Positions 1 to 12,300 of a DNA stretch of 64,000 nucleotides are shown piece after piece. The notes under the pieces were generated by a model. That model made no database searches and had not been told where the DNA came from. It saw nothing but the letters and a program-made list of their open reading frames with translations. The translations under genes and the position numbers were made by a program. This DNA comes from Macrostomum lignano (lineage: Eukaryota): contig NIVC01002108.1 in NCBI GenBank assembly GCA_002269645.1, positions 1 through 64,000 on the forward strand. The letters run 5' to 3'. The number at the start of each line of letters is the position of its first letter. Position 1 is the first letter of the stretch.

Positions 1-1603
1 CCATCGTTTGGGCGATGGAACGCGCCAAGCAATTCCTTCTCGGTGCCCGATTCACTCTACGGACAGATCATCGGCCTCTAGAGTTTCTCTTCGGAGCGCG
101 GCGGCAACTTCCAAAGGTGGCGAACGCTCGGCTACTTCGCTGGGCGATCAAGCTAATGGCCTTCGATTTTGACACGATCTACACAAAAGGTGAGCACATT
201 CCGCACGCTGATGCCCTCTCTCGCCTTGACTGCAACGGTGAACTATCCGAATCAGAACCTGCTGCCTTGGAAGGTCTGGTTCATTGGGCAGGCGGCCCGG
301 TGATTCCATGGGAGGAGCTGCAAGCGGAGACCCAGCGCGATCGTCTACTCCAAGATATTGCTGAGCGAGTCGCATCAAGCAGATGGTCTGGATGCTCCCC
401 AGCTGAGAGGCCGTACAAGTCAGTTCGCCATGCCTTAGTGATAGACGACGGCATTCTCTGCTACGGTGATCGACCGGTGATTCCTGCGACACTCAGGCAG
501 CGCGTCCTGGATCAGGTACACAATGACTCGCATCAGGGAACCATGGCAACTCGCTCACTCATCCGCAACTCGGCCTGGTGGCCAGGATATTGCACGGACG
601 TGGAGCGGCACGTACGCAACTGCCCACCTGCACGCGAATTCGGCCCTCTGGCACACCTACGGTACATCAGTGGCCAAAGGAAGACGAGCCGTGGCATCGC
701 GTGCATATGGACCACGCCACAATCCCGAAGGTTGGACTGGTGCTCATTCTAGTCGATGCTATGTCAGGATGGCCTGAGGTCCTGAGAGTGCCAAACCGCG
801 ATGCTGCGACTGTTAAAGCCGCTCTTCAGTCAGTGTTTGCTAGAAACGGTGTCCCGCACGTCCTGGTTAGTGATAATGCCGCTGAGTATCACGACGCCGG
901 ACTGCTGTCCTGGCTTGAGCGAATCGGCTGTCGAGTCCTCAAAACTCCTCCAAGGCATCCGCAATCGAACGGACTTGCGGAACGGATGGTCGGCTCGATC
1001 AAGAGGGCGTCCGCGGCCTGGGACCAAGCGTCGGAGCCGTACAACTCATTCCTGTTCAGACTCTTACTCAATTACAGGTGCATTCCGCACGCCGGTCGGG
1101 CCCAGAGTCCAGCACAGCTCATGAGACGGCAGCTTCGCAATCCTATCACGATGAAGACGCCAATTAGAGCCAACATCTGGTACGCACCGGGCGCAGGGCT
1201 GGAGTGCGAGCCGGCCGAGTTTCTATGTCAGAAAGGGTCGAACACGGCCATCATCGCCCGCCAAGGCGGTCGCACCGTCCTGGCGCATGCAGACCAGCTG
1301 AGTGAACGCATCGAGGCCGGAGCCGATGATCCGGCAACCTCCCGCGCCACGGACGAGGATGCGATGCTGTCAAGGCCGCAGACCAGCTGCCAAGATGCCA
1401 AGAGCAGCGGTGGCAGCGACGCCGCTACTGCATCCGCTGAAGATGGCGAAGCTATCGGACTGCAGGGCGGGGAGCCAACCGAGTTGCATCGGCCGGAGCC
1501 GATGGCTGAAAGCACCGCCGGCCCCTCGCCGGTGAAGCTGCCCCGCTATCCGATTCGTTCGACAAGGGGCCTGCCACCAGCTCGATTCGAAGGGGGGAGA
1601 TGA
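1..1603 (+). pseudogene. pol: Gypsy pol (RNase H + integrase) with a single 1-nt frameshift near 623-625
   Basis: ORF 15-752 and ORF 578-1603 join into HVRNCPTCTRIRP if one C is added to the C run in aactgCCCacctgc. No other lesion seen. Confidence 0.85.
1590..1600 (+). promoter_or_regulatory. Polypurine tract (plus-strand primer) of the Gypsy element
   Basis: AAGGGGGGAGA immediately followed by TG at the LTR start. Confidence 0.85.
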
Positions 1604-2034
1604 AGTGACGGTTGTTTGGTTTGTGAGCTGGGTAACTGTGGGGGGCTTGTTTATTTAACTTCGCTTAGTCACCTTGTTTGCAGCTGCGATCTGCGTGTAC
1701 TCAGTAAATCATTGTGTACTCTATGCGTACTCTACTCTGTTCCACGTGCATCATTGCGCTAGCCATTGCCTCGCCCCTTAAGTCTCTACCATTTTGTACT
1801 CTCTCCACTCACAGTGTCAGTGCATCTGTGAAATCCAATATTTACAATATTTAAGCTATTTCTCTTGGTCCTCAACTCGTCAAGTTCCTAAGCTATTTTA
1901 CAAATATATCGCAAGCATTCACATTCGTTATTAAACAACAATCAGCTCCTGACTTTTGCGTCACGTCACATATTAATATGTATAGTTTTCAATTGAAACA
2001 AGTTCTAACACACGGTGCAGTAGCATATACTTCA
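1601..2034 (+). repeat. 3' LTR of the Gypsy element (about 434 bp; right end tentative)
   Basis: Starts TGAAGT right after the PPT. The inverted copy ACTTCA ends at 2034, and CpG content collapses immediately after. The 5' LTR is outside the window, so the end cannot be confirmed. Confidence 0.6.
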
Positions 2035-3389
2035 AACTAAAACATGCTATGTTGGCAGCTAGCACCCCCAAGCTAGCTGGCAGTTTAGGCTTGGGTTCTG
2101 ATCTTTGATGTACATAGCCTCTAAGATGTTCAAAGTGTGCTCATGGTGGCAGGAATTAATAATCTTAAATAAATCAATCAGTTTATTATTACAGCATGAC
2201 TTGCATGTGATAAAATGCTCCTGTATAGCAGATTTTTTGGTCTAGTGTTCCTTGACCCTAGTGTGCAAGTGTTGCTTAGTTTTTCCAATGTACAAAATAC
2301 CAGTGTTGGGTACCATTAATGAAAATCTTAACTTCCATTAATGGCAAAAGCATTAGCATTAAAAAAAATTACTAATTTTTTACTACTAATTTTTTTAGAT
2401 CTTAGTTATAAGAAGATCTCATAGTATTTAAAATCTATTTGAAAATGTATAATATGATATTTTTTTTTATACAGTCTAAGTCACTATTTTATCCTCTTAT
2501 AAGTTATATACTAGGGCTTAGAACTTAAAGTGTATATAAGTATATCAATATCTTTTTGATTTTTTAGCAGAAATGAAAAAAAGTTTTTAATATGGATTTG
2601 GTTTTAAAAATATATGCAACCTATAAAGTTGCTTTGACGATTTTGTTTCTTTGCTTTAGTTTTTTTTTCATTTTTGGTTATTAATTTTGATTTAGGCCTA
2701 TCCTTGGTCTATCATAATTTATATTAGCCAGATTAGTCAAGTTTTGTCTAGCAATAGTAGATATATAATTTAGATTTTAGTAGCTCTATAAAAGGATGCT
2801 AAACCTTGGCAAGAAAAACTGGTCCTTGTAGGAGAATCTTGGCATAAAGATTTTCTAAGAAAACCTTGCTTTGAAAAAATTTGATAGGAAACTTGCCTAT
2901 AAGAAAATCTTATGATTCCTAGTGCCTGACTATTTGCACTTATAAATAGCCTCTACAATACAGCCCGAGTTTTAAAAAAGTAAGTCACATATTTGTCAAA
3001 ACTAAGTTGCATAGCTAGTATAATTTCAGAGATTGCATATGCATTATTACCAAAGTAGACATGTGCTATGAATTAGCTACCATAGATTTAGATAAATAGA
3101 TTTAAAAATGGAAGTCAAAATGTGATTGTTGAATCAACCAATGATAGGCCCCTAGGATTGTATAAATTTATAAAATATAGCCCAGCTAGGGGCTTGCATT
3201 CAACTTTTGACTCATAATGATCTTTTGCAAAGCTTAAGCTTTGTTTTTACCTAAAGATTTTATAAGCAGCCAGTTTTTTAGTTTATTAATTAATAAGCCA
3301 AATATCTATTCAAGCTGGTAAACTTTCATCAAAATGTAATGTAAAATATTTCCTGCTAGATCTCAGTATAACACCAAAGTTAAGCTGAG

Positions 3390-6300
3390 ATGAAGCAGAC
3401 AACCTTAGCCATGGCATGGGGTGGCCAAAAACCTGTTGCCATGCCAAGTGGTTTCAGCGCCATCAGTGGTGCCAGACAAGTGGCATCAGCGCCATCTACT
3501 TCAACAACTGCAGCAGTCTCTGCTGGCGCTGAGTCGACTTTTCCAACAGACATCAGTCAGCTGGATTTTCGAGCTAATGCAAAATTGCCATTGGCTTTGC
3601 GGGCTTCAAAGAATGATTCAAACACGTTGGAGGGTTTTGACGCTAGCGGAGAGGGAGCTGTGTGGGTCTACCCTGTGAATTTTCCGGTGAGACTTTTACA
3701 ATGATCTCGGAGGAATTCTATTGAATGCTAGGCTAGGCAATCCTGAATTTGAGCTGAAGTGTGAAGTCTATGGTAGTAATCGGCTGAAGTGTGATCTCAG
3801 CGTGATCGGCTGAAGCGGGATTAAAATGATTAATGATCAGTCGGATTAAGAGATTAGGCAGTTGAGATCAGTCGGATTAAGAGATTAGGCAGGTGAGATC
3901 AGTCGGATTAAGTCAGAGATTAGGCAGGTGAGATCAACCGGATTAAATCAGAGATTAGGCAGGTGAGATCAATCGGATTAAGAGATTAGGCAAGTGAGAT
4001 CAATCAGATTAAGAGATTAGGCAGGTGAGATCAATCGGATTAAGAGATTAGGCAGGTGAGATCAATCGGATTAAGAGATTAGGCAGGTGAGATCAATCAG
4101 ATTAAGAGATTAGGCAGGTGAGATCAATCGGATTAAGAGATTAGGCAGGTGAGATCAGTCGGATAAAGGGATTAGGTAGGTGAGATCAGTCGGATTAAGT
4201 CAGAGATTAGGCAGGTGAGATCAGTCGGATTAAGTCAGAGGTTAGGCAGGTGAGATCAATTGGATTAAGAGATTAGGCAGGTGAGATCAGTCGGATTAAG
4301 GGATTAGGTAGGTGAGATCAGTCGGATTAAGAGAATATCTGATGTGGTGGCAACCGCAGGTGCGCGAATACCAGTACAACATAGTGGCCAGCGCCCTGGC
4401 CAAAAACACCCTGGTCTGCCTGCCGACCGGCCTCGGCAAGACCTTCATCGCGGCCGTGGTCATGATGAACTTCTACCGCTGGTACCCCGCCGGTCGGGTG
4501 GTGTTCATGGCGCCAACTAAGCCGCTGGTTGCTCAGCAGATCGACGCCTGCTATGGCATCGCCGGGGTGCCGGCGGCCGACACCATCGAGATGACCGGCT
4601 GCATGCCGCCTGCGGCTAGGCGAGCTGCCTGGCAGGACAAGCGTCTGTTCTTCTGCACACCGCAGGTTGCTCTCATTGTTTTGCTTGTTTGTTTCTTTCT
4701 GTCTACTGTCAGTAGCTTTTTTAGACTTTGTATTTACATTTAAATAATAAACTACTCTTCATCTTCCTCTCCCCTTCCCCTCTCCTACCCCTCATCTTCC
4801 TTTCCCTCTCCCCTACCCTACAGTGACTCCCCATCTCCAGACCCAAGCCTACAGTGACTCCCCATCTCCAGACCCAACCCTACAGTGACTCCCCATCTCC
4901 AGACCCAAGCCTACAGTGACTCCCCATCTCCAGACCCAAGCCTGCAGTGACTCCCCATCTCCAGACCCAAGCCTACAGTGACTCCCCATCTCCAGACCCA
5001 ACCCTGCAGTGACTCCCCATCTCCAGACCCAAGCCTACAGTGACTCCCCATCTCCAGACCCAAGCCTACAGTGACTCCCCATCTCCAGACCCAAGCCTGC
5101 AGTGACTCCCCATCTCCAGACCCAAGCCTGCAGTGACTCCCCATTTCCAGACCCAACCCTACAGTGACTCCCCATCTCAAGACCCAAGCCTACAGTGACT
5201 CCCCATCTCCAGACCCAAGCCTACAGTGACTCCCCATCTCCAGACCCAACCCTGCAGTGACTCCCCATCTCCAGACCCAACCCTGCAGTGACTCCCCATC
5301 TCCAGACCCAACCCTGCAGTGACTCCCCATCTCCAGACCCAAGCCTACAGTGACTCCCCATCTCCAGACCCAAGCCTACAGTGACTCCCCATCTCCAGAC
5401 CCAAGCCTACAGTGACTCCCTTTCTCCAGACCCAAGCCTACAGTGACTCCCCATCTACCTACCTGTCAGGTGTTCGCCAACGACCTCACCAACCAGCTGT
5501 GCGACCCGGCCCAAGTCCGCTGCGTAGTGATAGACGAAGCGCACAAAGCCACAGGCAATCACGCCTACTGCGTGGCCATTCGCACTTTAGCATCGAGGCA
5601 CAACCAGTTCCGAGTGCTGGCTCTGTCGGCCACGCCCGGCTCGGATGTCCGGTCGGTGCAGGAGGTGATTAACAATCTGCTGATATCGCATATCGAGCTG
5701 CGCACCGAGCAGTGCAGGGATATTCAGCGGTATTCGCACGAGAGAAATGTGGAGAAGATTGTGGTGCCGCTCGGGCCCGAGGTGGAAGCTGCGGTGCGGC
5801 GACTGGAGGCCATCATTGATGTCTATGTGTCCCGGCTCAAGCAGAACAAGGCAGGTTTGCGGCAGTTTGCTGTTGCGCACGAGCCTGGTTTGTATTGGGA
5901 TCCTTGGGGAGTTAATTTGGGTTCAAAGTTCAAGGATATGGAATCAGGTTTTAAGGATTGAATTCTAGATTTATGGATGAACACAGGATCAATATTCTGG
6001 GGTTTAGGACCAACAGTCTAAGATTTTCGGATCAGTATTCTAGGATTTGGTATCAATGTTATGGGATTTGGGATCAATGTTATGGGATTTGGGATCAATG
6101 TTATGGGATTTCGGATCAGTATTCTAGGATTTTGGATCAATGTTATGGGATTTAGGATCAATGTTATGGCATTTCGGATCAGTATTCTAGAATTTGGGAT
6201 CAAGATTATGGGATTGGTGATCAAGATCCTGTGATTGGGGATCAAGATCCTGGGATTTAGGATCAGATTCAGGGATTTGGGATCAATTTTTTTGAGATTT

Positions 6301-9300
6301 AGAATCAAGATCCTGGGATTTGAGATAAAGTTCTGTGGGGATCAGGATTAAATTATTCAAAGACGTGAATAATTTAGCTCGTAGGTATTTAGGATTCAGC
6401 TGTTTGAAATCTTCAACTATCGATTGAATCCGCAGGCCGTGTACGCCAGTGTCCGCGTGGCCACCCTGTCCAAGTACGCGCTGATCATGCAGCGCCAGGA
6501 GTTCTTCCAGCGCTACGGCGGCAGCATACCGCCTGACCGGCAGTCCTTCATTCACCGCAACTTCGCCATGGCCATCTCGCTCTATCACGGCTACGAGATT
6601 GTGCAACAGCACGGGCTGAGGCCGCTGTACAATTTTCTCAAGGTTGGCAGTCTTTGTCCTGTCTTCCTGGCTGGTTATAGTCTTTATTATTGGGTATATA
6701 ACCATAACCAGGGTCTTTGCTCCTTAAGAGACTTATGCTAAGTATATATTTTGTAATTTTGACAATAGTGTTAGCTCGGATTTCTTTGTTCAGTCTTTGT
6801 TCAAGGGCTAAAATGTTAAACATTGGCAGCAGTAACTCCATATTGAGTCTTTGTTCAATGATTCCATAGAGTATTTTCTAAGACACCAAAAAGACTAATG
6901 AATCTGTGTTCAGAAGCTCTTTAGGTATATCATCTTGTAGATACTGAATTGAGTCTTTGTTCAATAATTACAATGAGTATTATCATCGTAGATGCTGAAA
7001 TAGAGTCTTTGTTTCGGTTCGAAACAACAAAGACCACAATCTCGCACTCCCCAGGGCGTGCTGGAGGGCGAGCGCGGCTCGAACTCCACCCGGCTAGAGC
7101 TGCAGCGGCAGCCGGCATTCGCAGAGCTGTGGGACAGCCTACTGGACAAGTTCAAGCCCGACCCCAACTCCACCCTGAGCAGTACTCAGGCCGCATTCGT
7201 TGGCGGTCACCCCAAGCTCAGCCGCCTGCTGGAGATTGTGCTGGAGCATTTCCAGTCAACCGAGGACCCAGCCGAGCGTCAGCGCACGCGGGTGATCATA
7301 TTCTCGCAGTACCGCGACTCCGTGACCGAGATTGCCCGCATGCTCAAGCAGCACCGGCCGCTGGTGCGCTGCATGACCTTCTTTGGCCAGGCCAGCACGG
7401 GCAAGAATAGCAAAGGCTTGACGCAGAAGGACCAGCTGAGGGTGATGCAGGAGTTCCGGCAGGGCGCCTACAACACGCTGGTGTCCACCTGCGTTGGAGA
7501 GGAGGGTGAGTAACTGCAGAGCGACCCAGTCCCCAAGACCCAAACACTATAGAGTCACTTTCGCTTGTGTGCTCAAACTGACCAGTGGGTTGTCATGCTT
7601 TCAACTTTCAACCCGCAGGCCTGGACATCGGCCAGGTCGACCTCATCATCTGCTACGACGCCCAGAAGAGCCCCGTACGCCTCATTCAGCGCATGGGCCG
7701 CACCGGGCGGGCGCGACAAGGCCGCATCGTGATGCTGCTGGCTGCCGGCAAGGAGGAGGCCAGCTACGGCGCCTCGCTTAGCAAGCGCGCCTCGGTGAAC
7801 AAGGTCATCCTTGACGGCTTTCGCAAGCTGCAGTTCTACTCTGACACGCCCAGGATGATACCGACTGGCCTGCAGCCTACTGTCAGCCTGCGGCGTCTGG
7901 ATATTCAACAGCGGCCCGCGGCTGGCGGAGCGGCTAGAAAGCGTCGAGCTGTTGGCAGCAGCGTCGCCGACGGCGGTGGCGGCTGCAGCTCCGCCAAGCT
8001 GCGACCCGACCAGGTGCTGGACTACGAGACCCGCCTGGCCTCCTCGGCGCCAACCTTTGCCCGCCTGCTGCCTCCCAGACTGCGCTGCCTGCCATCGACT
8101 CTGGCCGAGACCGAGGACGACCTTCGGCAACATCGACAGCCGCAGCAGCAGATGCCGCTCGACCACTGCCGCCGCCCATCGCGATTCGCTTCCAACGGTC
8201 CCGCTGGCGGCGCCTCGGTGACCCGGCACCACTTGGTGGCTCTGGGCCGCCTGCTGGGCTGCCACCGCGCCGGAGCCACCAACCTGATGTTCCACGCTGT
8301 CGGACTGCGCGATCTTGAGGATGCCAACCTCACGGCGGTTGCCACTCAGACTGCGCGGCTCCTGCTGGCTGACGACGATCTCGACGAAGATTTCGCAGAT
8401 GATGACGACGTTCCTATCCCCATCGACGACGATCTGGACTGTCCTCGGATGTTCGACGACAGCGCTGAGGAGCAGCTGCTGATGCCGCCGCCTGCCGCGC
8501 CGCCACGGCTGCCGGCGGAGATGCCGCTGCTGTCAACTCAAACTCTGTTCCGAGGCGCTGCCGCTGCTGCAGGTTGTTGTTTACTCGTATGATGATGATG
8601 ATAATGATGATGATGATGATGTTGATGATGATGATGATGATGATGTTGATGATGATTATGATGATGATGATGATGATAATGATGATGATGTTGATGATAA
8701 TGATAATGATGTTGATGATAATGATAATGATGTTGATGATAATGATGATGATGTTGATAATTATGATGATTATGATTATGATGATGATGATTATTATGAT
8801 TATGATGATTATGATTATGATGATGATGATGATAATAATGATGATGATGATAATTATGATGATGATAATGATGGTGATGTTGATGATAATGATAATGATG
8901 TTGATGATAATGATGATGATGTTGATAATTATGATGATTATGATTATGATTATGATTATGATGATGATGATTATGATGATGATGATTATGATAATAATGA
9001 TGATGATGATAATTATGATGATGATAATGATGGTGATGTTGATGATAATGATGATGATGTTAATGATAATGATGATGATGTTGATGATTATGATGATTAT
9101 GATGATGATGATGATGATGTTGTACAGTTGGGTTTCTTCCCGGTTTAGGCACTTAAGATTACCTTAAGTCTCGAGCCTCTTCAGAGGGAAGTTCTCTCAA
9201 ATCTCAGTAGCGTAGGTAATGCTGCCACCAGTTCCTTCAGGTCTCGGCCTTCGGTGAGGTGAGCTTCCCGTCGGAACGAAATAACGAAGTCAACGAACAC

Positions 9301-12300
9301 AGCTTCTAGTGCAGAATTGCAGTTCGACGTACTAGGCGTCTCGTCAACAGTACCTACCGGGCTTGGATGGCAGAGGGAGGGCTGAGTTAGTCTCTCGTAG
9401 GCTTGGGGCGCTTTAGTCGGGTCTCAGTCAGACCAATACGAACAGACTCAATGTATGCGTGATCTCGGGAAGAACAAGACTTGCACAGAGCAAGACTAGC
9501 CCAGAACAAGACAGCACGGAACAAGACTCCTTGATGGAAACAAGGGGGAGAGAGCTCCTATTTATAGCCGGGAAACACCCACGCAGAAGACCTCGTGACT
9601 CGTTCTATTTTTAGAACTGACGTCACTCGAGAGTCTTGGGCAGGGTACAAGCGTGCGGAAGACCTCGTGACTTGTTCTATTTTTAGAACTGACGTCACTT
9701 GAGGTCCCCGGCCAGAGTACACGCGGCTGTGACTCAGTTGCTATTTTTAGCAACATGAGTCACTCCTCTTCTTAGAGAAGGGAGGGTCCGAAAGCACGTG
9801 ACTCACCCGGTAAACAGGGCCAACAAGTGCAGTAAACATGTTTACTCCTTGTGAGCTTCGTATGAAAACATGTTTACTGCACTTTAAGACTCAAAGAACG
9901 CAAGAGCTGTCATGTGACTTGCTCACAAGACAGGGAAAACGGGACGGGAGCGAAACAGAGACAGCCCACAGCCGAGAGGCTGGGGGCTGAGAACAGAGAC
10001 GCAGAAGGCCAGAACAGGCCAAGGGCAGCAGCAGACAAACGAAAGGGAGGGGCGGGAAGCTGACCAGCGGCAGACAGCAACCCAGGGCGGAGGCGAGGGA
10101 ACAGCTGACAAGGGCGACGCCTAACCATAAACTAGCGGCTCACTACAATGATGATAATGATGTTGATGATGATAATGATGTTAATTGCAGACATCGCCAC
10201 CTTCTCCACCTCTCCTGCTGCTGTCGCAGATGCCGAGGCCCCTGCAGAAAATGCCAACGACCTTCAGACGGACGGCGCGCCGATTTCGCCCGTGTTTCGC
10301 AGCTCCGCAGCGGTCCGGCGGCATCGGCTATCGTCACAGGCTGCCGCCTCCGCCGCCTCCATTGCCGCGGCAGAGCCGACAATGTCGTTGGCCGAGGCAA
10401 CGTCGTCCAGGCGGCCTCTGTACTCGCTGCGTCCGTTCCAGCCCGCCACAGCCGCCGAGCTGGAGTCGCTGCAGTCGGCGATTCAATGCCTGCTGAGCGC
10501 CGACGAACCGGACGATGTCGGCGAAATTGTCGACCAGTTGGCCGAGGAGTGGCGGTCGGAGCGCAGCCGGCTGCTGCCCACGCTGCTGCTGAAGTCGAAG
10601 CCAGCCGCTGCTGATTGCGACAGCAACTGGCAGCTGCTGGACGGCGCCGAGAACTGGTCGGTGGACGATCTGTTCGCCTCGGCTGAGGACCAGAAGCCGC
10701 CGCCCGAGGACTTGGTGGTGCTGGCTAGCCAGCGGCCAACCAAGTTCGGCTCCGTGTTCCAGAGCCTGCCGCGCTGCTCGCAGAAGCGGGTCAGCTTTGC
10801 TATCGCAGATTTGGGCAGCTTAGAGGAACAAAGACCAGTTCAGAAGAATAAAGACCCGGAGGAACAAAGACCAGCACAGCAGAATAAAGACCTGGAGGAA
10901 CAAAGACCAGCACAGCAGAATAAAGACCTGGAGGAACAAAGGCCAGCACAGCAGAATAAAGACCTGGAGGAACAAAGACCAGCGCAGCAGAATAAAGACC
11001 TAGAGGAACAAAGACCAGCGCAGCAGAATAAAGACCTAGAGGAACAAAGACCAGTGCAACCGGTTAGTAGCACCGAGAATGCAACGCCTAGAACAATTGG
11101 CCGAATTGGCAGCCTAGGCTTCACTGTGTCTGCAAACAAAGACTACAGCCGCGATTTGGACAATGACCTAGAAAAGCAAGTCGCCTTTGTTCTAGTTCCA
11201 TCTGCCACTGATAATGACAACAAAGACCAGCTTGATGCGGAGTCAGCTGTACCTAAGACCGCCGCCGCCTCCACTCCTAAAGCCAGTCGGAAGTGTGAAA
11301 GGGGGGTACTATTTAAGCCGGACAAAGACCTCAATATCGCTATCCCTAGCCAGTCTATAGGAACCATTGGCTGGGTAAACAAAAACCACAATTGCGACAT
11401 CAAAGCAGCAAATACTACTGCTGTCTGCGCTTCGCCGGTGCCTCCAGTACAGAACACTCCCATTTGTAAAGATTCGAACAAAGACTCTAAATTGTTTGAC
11501 TCAGCCGCCAGACGACGATGCCGCATATTCTCGAAGATCTTCCAGCTGATGCCGGTCGCAACCCCGGAGGCGCCGACGCCGCTCGCGCGCCGACCTCTGA
11601 CGGCCTGGTCGGTGGCAGAGCCGGCGGCGGCCCCTGCAGCTGCAGCTCGCAACGCGGACAACCAGCTGGACTTCTCGGCGGCGCTGCGCCTCCTTGAAGC
11701 AACAGACGACAGCGAACAGTCGTCCAACTTGCCCGCGGCTGTTCCGTCCTCTGTCACTGCCGACATGTTTCGAATCGAGACCGACCTGTTCCAGCCAGTG
11801 GAGCCGTCGGCAGAAGCTTCCCCTGTGTTCGACAAGCTGGGCGCTTCATCTCAGAAATTGATGAAGCAGCTGCCCCCAGCCACTTCTCCAAAGTGCAACG
11901 GCACTAATGATGACAAGGCTAATAAAATTGATGATGACGAGGACCTATTGATGCTGGACACAAGCTGGCTTGCCGAATTGACCCAACCGTCGAATTCTCC
12001 AGTTTTGCCAAAACAATCACTTGAAAAGAAAAAGAGAAATGCAAATGATAAGCCTGCTGCTGCTGCTGGGGAGATAAACAAAGACTGCGACGATGACTTC
12101 TTGCGACCTCTGCCGCCCCCGCCTCCTAATCCGGCCACTCCGACTCGTCATGCCCGGCTCAGCAGGGCGTCGCCGTCCCGCCCGATGAAGCGAAAATCCA
12201 CATCACCGACTCGGCCGGGATCCCCTGCGCTGAACGGCTCCGCCTCCTCCGCGTCCGCGTCTTCATTTCTTGCCTCGCAGAAGAAGATTCTGGCCAAGAA

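Larger units (their letters stand above)
1..2034 (+). mobile_element. Ty3/Gypsy LTR retrotransposon, 3' portion (truncated by the window edge)
   Basis: Domain order RNase H then integrase (Gypsy order): FTLRTDHRPL...RWAIKLMAFDF (RT-RNase H); HNDSHQG..WWPG..C..C (integrase HHCC); core D,D(35)E (RVHMDH / LVSDNAAEY / SNGLAERMV). Followed by a PPT and an LTR starting TG. Confidence 0.95.

Noticed and set aside
578-752. Programmed ribosomal frameshift between the two Gypsy ORFs
   Set aside because: The break is inside the integrase zinc-finger rather than at gag/pol, and there is no slippery heptamer; a 1-nt indel explains it.
5855-5860. Canonical GT donor for FANCM exon 3
   Set aside because: It is phase 1 with no phase-1 acceptor near the next exon, so it would frameshift the helicase.
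7573-8345. Long antisense or alternate-frame ORFs over GC-rich exons (also 11143-12922, 35151-35675, 44425-44898)
   Set aside because: Expected shadow ORFs of GC-rich coding DNA, with no recognisable motifs.
8574-9167. Long ORFs over repeats (poly-Met here; also 17661-19133, 20535-22093, 24738-25481, 27292-29498, 37327-38316, 45464-46261, 51442-52048)
   Set aside because: They arise from stop-free tandem units inside introns or intergenic DNA and have no domain content.
1601-10147. The LTR at 1601 and the LTR at 9118 as two ends of one element
   Set aside because: No sequence similarity, opposite orientation, different termini, and FANCM exons lie between them.
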